32,000 bases of DNA from Prochlorococcus sp. MIT 0801 (GCF_000757865.1 NZ_CP007754.1:270001-302000); one strand, 5' to 3'. Counted from the first letter of the stretch, positions 10,210 through 20,189 are shown. Notes: generated by a model not told the origin, from the sequence alone. Numbers and translations are program-made.

Positions 10210-12060
10210 CTAAGCATACTCAGCAACTTTAACTTCATGTCGAATTAATAAATCCTGGAATTCTAAAGAATCAACAGTTTCAGTTTCCATAAGCATTGCT
10301 GTTAACTCTTCAAGCACTTGGCGATTTTCATTTAAAGCCTTTTTAGCTCTTTCATATGCAATTTCAACAAGAACTGAAACTTCTGAATCAATGGTTGCTG
10401 CTGTATCTTCAGAAAAATCTCTTTCTGCAGAGATGTCTCTACCAAGGAACATCCCACCTTGAGATCGTCCTAAGGCTACAGGCCCTAACTTGTCACTCAT
10501 GCCAAATTTGGTAATCATTTGCCTCGCAACTGACGCCACTTGCTTTAGATCATTTGATGCTCCTGTGGTTACTTCATCTTCTCCATAGATGATTTCTTCT
10601 GCAACTCTTCCTCCAAGAGCAACAGCCATTTGATTTTGTAGGTAAGACCTTGAATAAAGCCCAGATTCCATTCTTTCTTCACTTGGTGTGAAAAAAGTTA
10701 ATCCACCAGCGCCTCCTCTTGGAATGATTGAGATCTTTTGCACAGGGTCATAATCAGGCATTACAGCACCAACTACAGCATGGCCAGCTTCATGATAAGC
10801 AACTAACTTTTTACGCTTTTCACTAATGACGGAGTCTTTCTTCTCAGGACCTACCATTATTCTCTCGATTGCATCACTAACTTCATCGTTGCTGACTTCT
10901 GTTAATTCTCTTCTAGCAGCCAATATTGCAGCTTCATTTAATAGATTTGCTAAATCTGCCCCAGTAAAACCAGGGGTCCTTCTAGCTACTTGATCAAGGT
11001 CAACTGCCTTTGAAAGTGTTTTACTTTTTGCATGAACGTTCAGTATTTGTAATCTCCCTGAGTAATCAGGTCTATCTACAGTTACTTGCCTGTCAAATCT
11101 TCCTGGTCTCATAAGTGCTGAGTCGAGCACATCAGGTCTATTTGTAGCTGCAACAATAATTATTCCTGAATTTCCCTCGAATCCATCCATTTCGGTTAAT
11201 AGTTGGTTTAGCGTCTGCTCTCTTTCGTCATTACCTCCTCCAAGTCCAGCTCCACGCTGACGACCAACAGCATCTATTTCATCAATAAAAACTATACAAG
11301 GAGCATTTTTCTTAGCTTGTTCAAAAAGGTCTCTTACTCTACTAGCACCAACTCCCACAAACATCTCTACAAACTCAGATCCAGATATGGAAAAGAAGGG
11401 AACTGAAGCCTCACCTGCAACTGCCTTTGCAAGCAAAGTTTTGCCTGTTCCAGGAGGTCCAACTAATAAAACACCCTTAGGAATTTTCGCCCCCACAGCT
11501 GTGAAACGATCAGGATTTTTTAAGAAATCAACTACTTCAGTAAGTTCAAGCTTTGCACCCTCAATTCCTGCGACATCTCCAAAAGTGACTTTTGTCTCAG
11601 GCTCCATTTGAAGTCTTGCTTTACTCTTTCCAAAATTCATTGCTGGATTTCCACCACCACCACCACTGCCTGCTCTTCTGAATAGAAAAAATAGACCTCC
11701 TAATAAAAGAATTGGGAAAATTAAGCTAGTAGCTGCTTGCTGTAAGGGATTGGCTTGAGTAGTTGGTTGTACAGCAATATCGACGTCATTATCAGTTAAT
11801 AATTGAAGTAATTGTTGATCAGGAGCCAAATTAACAAAAGCTCTGTTTCCATCACTTTCAACAATTTGAGCAGTTCCTTTATCAGGAGAAATAAGAACTC
11901 TACTTATTTGCTTATCTTGAACAGCTTCTATGAAGTCACTATATCTAAGTGTTCTAGATGCTTTTGTAGGGCTTGGCTTATCGAAAAAAGCACTTCCAAC
12001 AAAAATAACAACTACAACAATTAGTACATAAAGACCAATGTTTCTCCAGCGTTTGTTCAA
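10210..12060 (-). CDS. ftsH: ATP-dependent zinc metalloprotease FtsH
   Basis: N-terminal TM helices. AAA+ Walker A is [13 protein letters not shown] and Walker B is IVFIDEID. The zinc site is HEAGHAV. Length is 616 aa. Confidence 0.95.
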   Translation of the reverse strand: MNKRWRNIGLYVLIVVVVIFVGSAFFDKPSPTKASRTLRYSDFIEAVQDKQISRVLISPDKGTAQIVESDGNRAFVNLAPDQQLLQLLTDNDVDIAVQPTTQANPLQQAATSLIFPILLLGGLFFLFRRAGSGGGGGNPAMNFGKSKARLQMEPETKVTFGDVAGIEGAKLELTEVVDFLKNPDRFTAVGAKIPKGVLLVGPPGTGKTLLAKAVAGEASVPFFSISGSEFVEMFVGVGASRVRDLFEQAKKNAPCIVFIDEIDAVGRQRGAGLGGGNDEREQTLNQLLTEMDGFEGNSGIIIVAATNRPDVLDSALMRPGRFDRQVTVDRPDYSGRLQILNVHAKSKTLSKAVDLDQVARRTPGFTGADLANLLNEAAILAARRELTEVSNDEVSDAIERIMVGPEKKDSVISEKRKKLVAYHEAGHAVVGAVMPDYDPVQKISIIPRGGAGGLTFFTPSEERMESGLYSRSYLQNQMAVALGGRVAEEIIYGEDEVTTGASNDLKQVASVARQMITKFGMSDKLGPVALGRSQGGMFLGRDISAERDFSEDTAATIDSEVSVLVEIAYERAKKALNENRQVLEELTAMLMETETVDSLEFQDLLIRHEVKVAEYA

Positions 12061-12103
12061 TGTTCTTTCATATCTATCTTGAGTTTAATAGGAATAGGTC
12101 CAA

Positions 12104-13276
12104 CTATGCGGCTCTTAGTACATCAACTACGCTTTTAAATGCAAACCATTCAGGAATTTCTTCTCCACTTCTGAGCATTTTCCTGAATTGAGTGCCGCTC
12201 AATTTTTTTATATGTAATCCTTTTTCTTTAGCATAATCGGCGGTTACATAGCCTTCCTCCTCTGTAAATACAAGATTTAGAGATGGAACTGTTTGCATTT
12301 CTAATTCTTCGCAGCACTCGTTTGCAAAATTTTGAGCATCATATGGACCATAAAAATCTTCACCATTGAGAGATGACTTACATCCAGCCATATCCCTCCC
12401 AATAATAAAATGTGTACATCCATAATTCCTTCTGATAATCATGTGCTGCAAAGCCTCTCTTGGACCAGCCATGTGCATCGAATAAGGAAGATATGACCAC
12501 CTAATTTTTGGATTATTAACTTCAGAGGCAAGTTTTTCATAGGTTTGAAATCTTACTGATCCAGGGATGTCATCTTCTTGAGTTGGTCCACAAGTTGGGT
12601 GAACAAGAACAACACCTTTTTTACTGACATTATTTGCTTCTAAGGCTCTTGTGAAAAGCTCATAATGGGCTCTATGAATTGGATTTCTGCACTGGAATGC
12701 GACTACATCTTCTCCAGGGGGGAGGTTCTCTCTTACTTGAGCAGGAGTTTGGCAAGTAAAAACTCTTTTAGGTAATTCTAGACCTTTTATTGAGCCCCCT
12801 AAATAATATTTTTTCCTCTCCATAGATATCATTCTTACTGCTGGATGCTCCAAAGAAGTTGTTCCGTAGCAAAATTGGGCTTCAATAACTCTGTCAGGAG
12901 TCCATTTTTCTTGTACTTCTAAAACTGCCAGTTCTTGATCTTTGTAATTGAGTAAAACTGAATCTCCTGGATTTATATCTTCTCTATCTGTATCCATCAC
13001 AATTGGCAAACCAAAAAGCAAACCTGATTCGAGTCGATTTTTTTTAACAACTGAGTTGTAATTTTTCTCACTCATGAACCCATTCAAAGGAGAAAAAGCA
13101 CCTATTAAAAGAAGTTCAATATCACAAGCATTTCTATCAGAACAATTTAAATTTTTATAAGAATTTTTGTTTAACTCTTTTTTTTCGTCATCAGATGCCA
13201 TCAGGTTTATAAGTTCTCCACCATACGGTTTGATTAAACCTGCAAGATTTTTATTAGAACTTTGCTTGCTAGTCAT
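12104..13276 (-). CDS. sat: Sulfate adenylyltransferase (ATP sulfurylase)
   Basis: Family motifs FQCRNPIHRAHYEL and GCTHFIIGRDMAG. Length is 390 aa. Confidence 0.9.
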   Translation of the reverse strand: MTSKQSSNKNLAGLIKPYGGELINLMASDDEKKELNKNSYKNLNCSDRNACDIELLLIGAFSPLNGFMSEKNYNSVVKKNRLESGLLFGLPIVMDTDREDINPGDSVLLNYKDQELAVLEVQEKWTPDRVIEAQFCYGTTSLEHPAVRMISMERKKYYLGGSIKGLELPKRVFTCQTPAQVRENLPPGEDVVAFQCRNPIHRAHYELFTRALEANNVSKKGVVLVHPTCGPTQEDDIPGSVRFQTYEKLASEVNNPKIRWSYLPYSMHMAGPREALQHMIIRRNYGCTHFIIGRDMAGCKSSLNGEDFYGPYDAQNFANECCEELEMQTVPSLNLVFTEEEGYVTADYAKEKGLHIKKLSGTQFRKMLRSGEEIPEWFAFKSVVDVLRAA

Positions 13277-13351
13277 TTTCTCTTGAAGTAACCGGAAAAT
13301 TCTCCCAGATCAAGGGCCCATATTTAAGAAATTGTTTTCATTAAAGTCAGG

Positions 13352-13386
13352 CCAAAAAAAAAGAGGGTTTTAACCCCCTTTTTTAT
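13352..13386 (-). terminator. Rho-independent terminator downstream of psbO
   Basis: The minus-sense sequence is aaaggggg-ttaaaa-ccctcttt followed by a 9-nt T-run. It lies directly after the psbO stop. Confidence 0.65.
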
Positions 13387-13405
13387 TGATTAAGATGATT
13401 ATTTT

Positions 13406-14209
13406 TTAGGCTTTGCGACCATAAAAGATACCCTTGATTTTGATATCAACAGGATCTTTGGATCCAAGGTCATTGTCTGAAGGTTGGATAGCAACAAATT
13501 GGCCACCAAATTCATCAGTGTCTGCATCGACACTATCGACAGTAAGTGTTATTTCACCTTTACCGCCAAGATCATCTTTAACATTTTCTCTTGCAAGATC
13601 TTCATCATCACCACCACGAGCAATGAGAGCTTGAGCATATTCAACGCCGGTTGATTTAGCACGACTCTTTGGATCAAGAAAGTCTGCAGATCTATAACTT
13701 GGAGTTGTTGTTGGACCTGAAAATTCAGCTCCTGGTTCAATTGATTTTCCTTTTTTGGATTCAGCAACCATCTCTTTAACAGAGAAAGCAAAAGGAAATT
13801 CTTCTCCATTTGGAGCTAGAACAGTGATTAGAGAGAAGTCAATACCACCTTTTTCAGTGAATTTCCCTCCAGAAAGATCTCCATAAACTTCATCAAGACT
13901 TGTATTGAAGCGAGGACTGATGATTTTTGCTATTGCAAAATCAGATTTATTTCGCTTGTTACCTGGAAGTTTTACTGAAACTTCTGTTGGCTGAAGGCAT
14001 AAACTTTTAAATTGACCATCAGCATTTATAGAACCCGATGAACCCGCTGGTAAAACAGTGCAAGCATCAGCTTGGCCAGTATTAACAACGTTGCCAAAAC
14101 GAGCATTACCTTGCTCGCGCCCTTTTAAAGCTGCAGATGCGCTTGATGGGAGAGTTGTAAAGGTGAGACAAAAAGCCAGCATCAAAGCCAGCAGAGGACG
14201 AAATCGCAT
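13406..14209 (-). CDS. psbO: Photosystem II manganese-stabilising protein PsbO
   Basis: N-terminal signal peptide ending SSASA. Contains the conserved PsbO block PSYRSADFLDPKSR. Length is 267 aa. Confidence 0.9.
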   Translation of the reverse strand: MRFRPLLALMLAFCLTFTTLPSSASAALKGREQGNARFGNVVNTGQADACTVLPAGSSGSINADGQFKSLCLQPTEVSVKLPGNKRNKSDFAIAKIISPRFNTSLDEVYGDLSGGKFTEKGGIDFSLITVLAPNGEEFPFAFSVKEMVAESKKGKSIEPGAEFSGPTTTPSYRSADFLDPKSRAKSTGVEYAQALIARGGDDEDLARENVKDDLGGKGEITLTVDSVDADTDEFGGQFVAIQPSDNDLGSKDPVDIKIKGIFYGRKA

Positions 14210-14438
14210 GAGAGGGCTAGATGACTGCGGTCGAAACCGCCCAATTAATTCAGTTGGGATATTACAGGTGTCAAATACTTCTTTTCACAAGCATTTGACA
14301 GCTCTATACAACCCGTAGCTTTTGGTTTGATCATTTTACTACCCCAATTTCATCCAAAACCCTTTTATAGCAATCTTTTTTGGCGTTCAGACTCTGATTT
14401 TAGAAAAAAAACAAATTCGAACAATATCAGTAAATTTT

Positions 14439-15695
14439 CTATTTTAAATTTCTAATTTCATCTAAAAGTTGATGAGATATTGCAAGTTTTGTCGAGAATG
14501 ATAAGTTTTTGACCATTTTTTTGGGACCCAACAAAAAACCACTGTTAAAGTTTTCATCAAATCCTTGCCCAGCTCTGTCAATGGGATTGGCCATGAGCAG
14601 GTCACAACCTTTTAAAACCCTCTTATTTTCTCCCTTTTCAATAATTTCATTATCACTTCCTGTCTCAGCTGCAAAACCTAGGAAAATTTGATTTTCTAAT
14701 TTTTTTCTCGTTTGACTTTTGATTAGGTCTGATGTCATTTCTAAATCATCAAAAATGGACTTTAAAAAAGATTCTTTAGAGATTTTTTGTTCACTGGGAC
14801 TATTTTTTTTGAAATCTGATACTGCTGCAGCCATAACAATGACCTGAGCAGATGGTTGTAAATCATCGATTTTTTCTCCCATTTCATTTGCGCTCTTAAC
14901 TGGATAAGTATTCAGTCCCTCAAGAAGATCTTTTTGAACGCTTACTGGGCCATGAACTAAATCAACCTCTGCACCTCTTAACTTTGCGGCTTGAGCTATG
15001 AAAACTCCCATCTTTCCACTGCTTCGATTCGTCAATTGTCTTGCTGCATCTAGAGCTTCGACGGTGGGTCCGGCTGATATGAGAAACCTTATGTCTTTTA
15101 AATCTTTAGTGAGTAATTTATTTTCTGAGTGGAAAATAAATGCACTTTCAGATGCCAATTCAATAATATCTAAATTGACCATTTTCCCATCACCTACTCT
15201 GTCGCAAGCTAAAACTCCTTCACTGGGTTCGAGGGTAATAACTTGGTCAATATTTTTAACGTAATTCCAGTTCTTTTTTACTGATTGATGTTCCCACATT
15301 GAAGTGTTCATAGCAGCAGCCATAATTATTTGAGATTGACTAGCTAAAAGAATGCTTGCTAAAAGTCCGTCAGCACTTCCACTAGTAAATCTGGATAAGG
15401 ATGTGGCGCTCATGGGCGCCACAATAATTAGTTCTGCCCATTCAGCTAAAGCAATGTGCAACGGCTTGGCTTGAGAGTCAGCCCATTGATCTTTATCTTG
15501 GTAACATTTATTTCTACTTAGAGTAGATAAAGATAAAGGACTAACTAAATTAGCGGCGCTTTGAGTTATTACGCATTTGACTTCTGCACCAGCTTTAATT
15601 AGGCGGCTAACTAAAATAGGTGCTTTAACAGCTGCGATACTCCCTGTAACAGCAACTAATATTTTTTTTTCAGATAAAGAAGTCGAATTAATCAT
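14439..15695 (-). CDS. coaBC: Bifunctional phosphopantothenoylcysteine decarboxylase / phosphopantothenate-cysteine ligase
   Basis: N-terminal flavoprotein motif ILVAVTGSIAAVKAP. The C-terminal ligase block is ISAGPTVEALDAARQLTNRSSGKMG. Length is 418 aa. Confidence 0.88.
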   Translation of the reverse strand: MINSTSLSEKKILVAVTGSIAAVKAPILVSRLIKAGAEVKCVITQSAANLVSPLSLSTLSRNKCYQDKDQWADSQAKPLHIALAEWAELIIVAPMSATSLSRFTSGSADGLLASILLASQSQIIMAAAMNTSMWEHQSVKKNWNYVKNIDQVITLEPSEGVLACDRVGDGKMVNLDIIELASESAFIFHSENKLLTKDLKDIRFLISAGPTVEALDAARQLTNRSSGKMGVFIAQAAKLRGAEVDLVHGPVSVQKDLLEGLNTYPVKSANEMGEKIDDLQPSAQVIVMAAAVSDFKKNSPSEQKISKESFLKSIFDDLEMTSDLIKSQTRKKLENQIFLGFAAETGSDNEIIEKGENKRVLKGCDLLMANPIDRAGQGFDENFNSGFLLGPKKMVKNLSFSTKLAISHQLLDEIRNLK

Positions 15696-15764
15696 GATAT
15701 TTTGATTTTATATCAAATAGACCTTGAAAGATATTTTTCGAATTTTAAATAAGCTGAATTTTTC

Positions 15765-15905
15765 ATGTTAAAGGAAATTATTATTTTTATCTCTTGGATA
15801 AAAATAATTTTTTTTTGCTTTATTAGATCTTTCATTTATTATATTTATGTTAAAGAGTTAAGTAATGAAAAAAAATCTAAGGTAATTTTTTTATCTTTTC
15901 TCTAA
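15765..15905 (+). CDS. Candidate 46-codon hydrophobic small ORF (MLKEIIIFISWIKIIFFCFIRSFIYYIYVKELSNEKKSKVIFLSFL)
   Basis: Not in the supplied track because it is under 60 aa. It is stop-free for 46 codons in an extremely AT-rich spacer. Its TAA overlaps the ATG of the next gene (cTAATGg). Confidence 0.25.
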   Translation: MLKEIIIFISWIKIIFFCFIRSFIYYIYVKELSNEKKSKVIFLSFL

Positions 15906-16246
15906 TGGCTCCAATAATGCAGAAAACATTTTTATATAAATCATCTACAAAAACTATTCAAAGGCTAGCAAATTGGGCTGCAAATCCTTGGAGAAGGTAT
16001 TCATTGTTAGCAATAATTTTTTTAATAGGCTTTTTAGTAGGTAGCTCTCTAGGTATGATTAATGGTGTACTGGCTTTGATGGATCCTGTTGGAGCATTTA
16101 TTGCATTAATATTTTTGGAGTTACTAATTCAAGCTAGATTTGTATTTTTAAAGTCTAATAAACCAATAATACTCGTTAGGGTTTTTGATATGTTCAGAAT
16201 AGGGTTAGCGTATGGACTTTTTTCGGAAGGTTTAAAACTATTATAA
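15905..16246 (+). CDS. Small membrane protein, Ycf20/DUF565-like
   Basis: 113-aa ORF with two or three TM segments. Its size and layout resemble cyanobacterial DUF565 proteins. The family call is from memory. Confidence 0.6.
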   Translation: MAPIMQKTFLYKSSTKTIQRLANWAANPWRRYSLLAIIFLIGFLVGSSLGMINGVLALMDPVGAFIALIFLELLIQARFVFLKSNKPIILVRVFDMFRIGLAYGLFSEGLKLL

Positions 16247-16252
16247 ATATAA

Positions 16253-17272
16253 TTAATTATTTTTATTTAACCCTAGTAAATACAATAAAGCCATTCTTGT
16301 TGGAATACCATTTTCTACTTGTTTACTTATAAGATTTATTGAATTATCTTCAACTAATCGACTGCTTATTTCTATTCCTCTATTAACTGGTCCAGGATGA
16401 AGAACAGGAACCTTTTTTTTACACCATTTTAAAATTTCATGTGTTATGCCATATTGTGCATAATAACTATCAAGATCTGTAATCATATCTTGTTTCATTC
16501 TCTCTTTCTGCAATCGAAGTGTCATAACTGCATCACTATTTTTTAATGCATCTTTTATCGATCTTTTTATGAAAACAGAACCTCTCTTCTTAATGGGATC
16601 AAATTTTTGCCCAGGCGGAGGATTGGTAACAAAATCAATGAATTCCTCTGGAAGAAGGCTTGGAGGTCCACATAGTGTTACCTCTGCTCCACATGCAGTT
16701 AGAGCCCAAAGGTTTGATCTGGCAACTCTAGAATGAAGAATATCTCCAACTATTGTGATTTTTTTATTTAAGAGACTATGAGTTGATGGTTTGTTTGGAT
16801 TAAAGAAAGTAGCAAGTGTAAATAGATCCAAAAGACCTTGACTTGGATGACTATGAAATCCATCACCTGCATTGAGAATTGATGTATTGATGTTATTTAT
16901 GTCTACATAATTAGCTAACTCTGCGGGCACATTTGTTGACTCATGCCTAATTACTAATATATCGGCCCCCATTGAGATGTATGTGAGCATAGTGTCCAAA
17001 GGAGTCTCTCCTTTGCTTAGAGAACTTGCAGATAGAGAAAAATTCTGAACATCAGCAGATAGTCTTTTTGCTGCAAGTTCGAAGCTAGTTCTTGTTCTTG
17101 TACTTGGCTCGAAAAATAAGTTGGCGATTAATCTTCCTTGAAGCGCGGGAAGTTTTTTAGCACTTGATTTATGGACATCTTTAAATCTTGTTGTTAGTTC
17201 TAAAACTGTGTTGTAATCCTCCAAAGAAAACGTAGATAGATCAAGAACGTGATTATGTTTCCAATTATTCAT
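16253..17272 (-). CDS. pyrB: Aspartate carbamoyltransferase catalytic subunit
   Basis: Motifs [21 protein letters not shown] and LHPGPVNRG. Length is 339 aa. Confidence 0.93.
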   Translation of the reverse strand: MNNWKHNHVLDLSTFSLEDYNTVLELTTRFKDVHKSSAKKLPALQGRLIANLFFEPSTRTRTSFELAAKRLSADVQNFSLSASSLSKGETPLDTMLTYISMGADILVIRHESTNVPAELANYVDINNINTSILNAGDGFHSHPSQGLLDLFTLATFFNPNKPSTHSLLNKKITIVGDILHSRVARSNLWALTACGAEVTLCGPPSLLPEEFIDFVTNPPPGQKFDPIKKRGSVFIKRSIKDALKNSDAVMTLRLQKERMKQDMITDLDSYYAQYGITHEILKWCKKKVPVLHPGPVNRGIEISSRLVEDNSINLISKQVENGIPTRMALLYLLGLNKNN

Positions 17273-17838
17273 ATTCCCTCAAATGTGGATGGTAGCCAAC
17301 ACTTGTTTTTAGGTGGAATTCGATCACCTCTAACCCTTTTGCTAACACTTCTACTACTTTTAAGGTACCAACGCCAAGGTATATCTTTAGCTTGCGAAAT
17401 GCCAATTCTTGTGGTCTGAACAATACTTCCCATTCTTGTTAGATTTTCTCCCTCTGTTAACCAATAATCATTTGCAGGTGACAAGGGTAAATTGTTAAAA
17501 TTCCTATTTAATCCAAATCTTTTTGCCAATAACCCTGGCCCAGAGGCAATTCTCTCATTTTCTCCTTTTATTGCTATTGATCGAAGAAGTACACCATTTG
17601 CCCAGTTTTTCTTCCCAGTAACGATATTTACACAACTATTAATTCCATAAGAAAGGTATATATAAAAGTTACCCGGTTCACCAAAAAGGGTTTCGTTTCT
17701 TTGAGTTCTCCCTGAGAATCCATGGCATGAAGCTTCTTCTTGAGAATAAGCCTCCGTTTCAACAATTACGCCAGTAAGGAGGCTGTTTTTTGATAAGCGC
17801 CTAATTAAAAAACAGCCAATTAAGTTCGGTGCGACCAA
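17269..17838 (-). CDS. mpg: DNA-3-methyladenine glycosylase (Mpg/AAG family)
   Basis: Contains the VIVETEAYS core and the LIG..L block. It overlaps pyrB by 4 nt (ATGA). The track start is a TTG, and the true start is uncertain (see findings). Confidence 0.8.
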   Translation of the reverse strand: MVAPNLIGCFLIRRLSKNSLLTGVIVETEAYSQEEASCHGFSGRTQRNETLFGEPGNFYIYLSYGINSCVNIVTGKKNWANGVLLRSIAIKGENERIASGPGLLAKRFGLNRNFNNLPLSPANDYWLTEGENLTRMGSIVQTTRIGISQAKDIPWRWYLKSSRSVSKRVRGDRIPPKNKCWLPSTFEGI

Positions 17839-18092
17839 ATGAGATGGCCTTGAAAAGAATTCTTTTGTAAGAAGTGAGATTTGCTTATTATTTCTTTCTA
17901 ATCAATATTACTTATTAAATAACAGATTTTTTTATCTTGCTGATTAATCTACCAACACTTAAAATTTTTAAAAGGCATTCAAATGGCAAAATGGTACATG
18001 AACATATTTGTCTAAACGAAAGCACTAGGATCTTTTTTTAATCAGGTAGCCATCTCATTATCTAAAGACCTTAAAAATTTTCTAACATAGCC

Positions 18093-18380
18093 ATGACTAA
18101 AATTTCTTCATCTGATGTTCGTAAGGTTGCAAAGTTGGCTCGTTTAGAACTTCCAGAAGATCAAATAGATACCTATACAGAGCAACTCGAAGAAATACTT
18201 TCTTATGTTGATCAACTGCAAGAAATAGATACTGAAAATATTGCTCCAACTACTAGAGCTGTAGAGGTAGTTAATGCAATGAGGGATGATTTAGTTGAAG
18301 TTAATTGCTCAAGAGAAGATCTTCTTAATCAAGCACCTCATAGGGAAGGTGATTTTTTTAGAGTTCCTAAAATACTTTAA
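18093..18380 (+). CDS. gatC: Glutamyl-tRNA(Gln)/aspartyl-tRNA(Asn) amidotransferase subunit C
   Basis: 95 aa. [16 protein letters not shown] is typical of the GatC N-terminus. Confidence 0.88.
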   Translation: MTKISSSDVRKVAKLARLELPEDQIDTYTEQLEEILSYVDQLQEIDTENIAPTTRAVEVVNAMRDDLVEVNCSREDLLNQAPHREGDFFRVPKIL

Positions 18381-18392
18381 ATTCAGGAATTA

Positions 18393-19424
18393 TCATTTAC
18401 TTTCTGTTCTGATTCTAGTTTTATGAATCAATTTTATATATTTTCTCCTCCAATTGTTTTTCGGTAATATTCTTGCTATTGGTCTCATTTTACTTCTTGT
18501 TTCTTTATGGCTTCTGATTCCAAGTAAAACATCATAAAGAAAATTTAGACCATCTTTTTTAGTTTCAAAAATTCCCATTCTTTGAGGTGAACCTTTTTGA
18601 TCTAAAAGTGGTTTTGTGGCTTCGTAAGCTGGTTTATATTCAAACCATGGAATAGAGGGCCATAAATGATGAACTAAATGATAATTTTGTCCCATTATGA
18701 GTAAGTTCATTAATTTACTTGGATAAACTCTTGCGTTTTTCCATCTATTTCTAGATTGAAAAGGTCTATGCGGTAGATAATCAAAAAATATTCCTAAAGT
18801 GACTCCAACCATTAATGCTGGTCCGAACCATAAATTATAAATAACATTCATGAAATTGTATTTAATTCCGGCAATGACTATGCAAATAAATATTCCTCTT
18901 TCAATTCCCCATTGCATTAGTTCAAACTTTCTCCAAAGTTTTCGCTCAAAGAAAAAATATTCATGATAGAAAAATCTTGGAGCAATTAACCAAATAGGGC
19001 CAAAGGTGCTAACTATGTGATCTGGATCGTTTTTTGGGTCGTTAACGTATTTGTGATGCTCTAGATGAACTCTTGTGAAAACTGGGAAACTAAAACCTAG
19101 TAATATTGCTGACCCATGCCCCATAAATTGATTGATCCATTTATTTGGATGGGCAGCATTGTGGCAGGCGTCATGAATAACAGTGCCTTCCATATGTAGA
19201 GCCAAAAAAGCTAATGCAACTAAAATTGGTAACGGCCAGTTCCCCTGATACCACTGCCAAACACTAACTATTGCAAGAAAATATCCACCAAAGAAAAGAC
19301 CTAAAGTTACGTTTAAAGGCTTTGGCGGATCAAGATATTCTTGGATCTCATTTTGCCAGTCGCGCAATGACTTCAGTTTTTTCGTTGCCTTATTTTTGTC
19401 AGACCTCGATAAGCACTGGGTCAT
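18393..19424 (-). CDS. crtR: Beta-carotene hydroxylase (membrane di-iron, fatty-acid-desaturase fold; CrtR-type)
   Basis: Three histidine boxes (HDACHNAAH, HLEHHKY, HLVHHLWP) plus TM segments. The size and layout match cyanobacterial CrtR. Confidence 0.78.
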   Translation of the reverse strand: MTQCLSRSDKNKATKKLKSLRDWQNEIQEYLDPPKPLNVTLGLFFGGYFLAIVSVWQWYQGNWPLPILVALAFLALHMEGTVIHDACHNAAHPNKWINQFMGHGSAILLGFSFPVFTRVHLEHHKYVNDPKNDPDHIVSTFGPIWLIAPRFFYHEYFFFERKLWRKFELMQWGIERGIFICIVIAGIKYNFMNVIYNLWFGPALMVGVTLGIFFDYLPHRPFQSRNRWKNARVYPSKLMNLLIMGQNYHLVHHLWPSIPWFEYKPAYEATKPLLDQKGSPQRMGIFETKKDGLNFLYDVLLGIRSHKETRSKMRPIARILPKNNWRRKYIKLIHKTRIRTESK

Positions 19425-19473
19425 TGCTTGATGTGATTGAAATTAATTGAGCTTTTATAGCTTAATTAAAAAA

Positions 19474-19556
19474 TGCCCACCGGGAGACTTGAACTCCCAC
19501 GACATAAAGCCACTGGTACCTAAAACCAGCGCGTCTACCAATTCCGCCAGGTGGGC
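19474..19556 (-). tRNA. tRNA-Leu (anticodon UAG), class II with long variable arm
   Basis: Hand-folded sequence: GCCCACC-TG-GCG-GAATTGGTAGA-CGC-G-CTGGT-TTTAGGT-ACCAG-TGGCTTTATGTCG-GGGAG-TTCAAGT-CTCCC-GGTGGGC-A. The 7-bp acceptor, 5-bp anticodon stem and 5-bp T stem are all Watson-Crick. The discriminator is A73. CCA is not encoded. Confidence 0.93.
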
Positions 19557-19571
19557 TGGTGGATCTGAACG

Positions 19572-19577
19572 ATCATA
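19572..19577 (-). promoter_or_regulatory. -10-like hexamer TATGAT, 15 nt upstream of the intact tRNA-Leu 5' end
   Basis: The plus strand reads atcata at 19572-19577. The spacing is the same as for the TACAAT upstream of the orphan tRNA half. Confidence 0.35.
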
Positions 19578-19634
19578 ATCCAGCGCGGAGCAAAATTGTA
19601 GTACTGGAAACCTAGTAAATTCTTTAAAATCTTG

Positions 19635-19651
19635 ATTAGTGGACGCGCTGG
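19635..19651 (+). repeat. Inverted, degenerate copy of the tRNA-Leu D-arm/anticodon-stem segment
   Basis: gattagtggacgcgctgg (19634-19651, + strand) matches tRNA positions 14-31 (AATTGGTAGACGCGCTGG) at 15 of 18 positions, in the opposite orientation to the gene. It pairs with tccagcgcg at 19579-19587 as a 9-bp inverted repeat. Confidence 0.6.
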
Positions 19652-19663
19652 AACTTGATTTAT

Positions 19664-20023
19664 TCAGTAAATTTCCTTTTGTTCTTGCTCATATTCCTCT
19701 TGTTCTTTTGATTTTATTTCTTCAATAACTTTGTCTATACCTTGAAGCTCATCGTAAAACTTACCTTTAAGAACTTCTTCTCTGGTTTTGTTGTCAATTA
19801 GATTTTTATTATTGATTGGTTTTTGTGAGCGCTTATATCCAAGTGCTAAAAAGTAACTTATAAGTGAATCTGCATAATCTTCCCAAGGGGCCTCAACCCA
19901 TCCTCTGACCACAGAGTGACTTTTTTCGGTTCTATACCATTCGGCAATCTGTTCAATTATTCCCTCATTTTCAAAGTCAGTTTGAAGGATTTGCAATGAT
20001 CTACTAAGCAAAAATCTGGCCAA
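19664..20023 (-). CDS. Hypothetical protein (119 aa from a TTG); possibly a 5'-truncated gene fragment
   Basis: The ORF has no ATG start. The reading frame stays open for 60 more codons upstream, to a stop inside the orphan tRNA half. I recognise no domain. The C-terminus is a low-complexity acidic/lysine tail. Confidence 0.4.
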   Translation of the reverse strand: MARFLLSRSLQILQTDFENEGIIEQIAEWYRTEKSHSVVRGWVEAPWEDYADSLISYFLALGYKRSQKPINNKNLIDNKTREEVLKGKFYDELQGIDKVIEEIKSKEQEEYEQEQKEIY

Positions 20024-20189
20024 GGTTGTCTCCGATGCTCCAATCCTTGAGCCAACCCCTTCGAATCCAAGAAAATTTATAGTTTCTGTTTTTTGTACCC
20101 ACGGAGTTAAACGTGCTAGCTGTGCGCTAGCAATAAGGTCTAGCCTTATTCCTAGCTTGGCTTGTTTCGAATAGTGTCTTACTGAAACA

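Noticed and set aside
20054-20072. The sequence ccccttcgaatccaag resembles a tRNA T-loop (TTCGAATCC) inside the insert, which might suggest a second tRNA remnant.
   Set aside because: The flanking bases do not form a T-stem on either strand, and there is no adjacent acceptor or anticodon arm.
19557-20189. A group I intron in tRNA-Leu. The repeat ends in the anticodon, close to the classic cyanobacterial tRNA-Leu(UAA) intron site. GAAAC at 20164-20168 (minus sense) could pair with the exon end GUUUU as a P1 with a U-G wobble.
   Set aside because: The downstream tRNA copy is complete and needs no splicing. The anticodon is UAG rather than UAA. By eye I could not find convincing P3/P7 or other conserved group I core elements. 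Only an Infernal scan with the group I (IC3) model could revive the idea.
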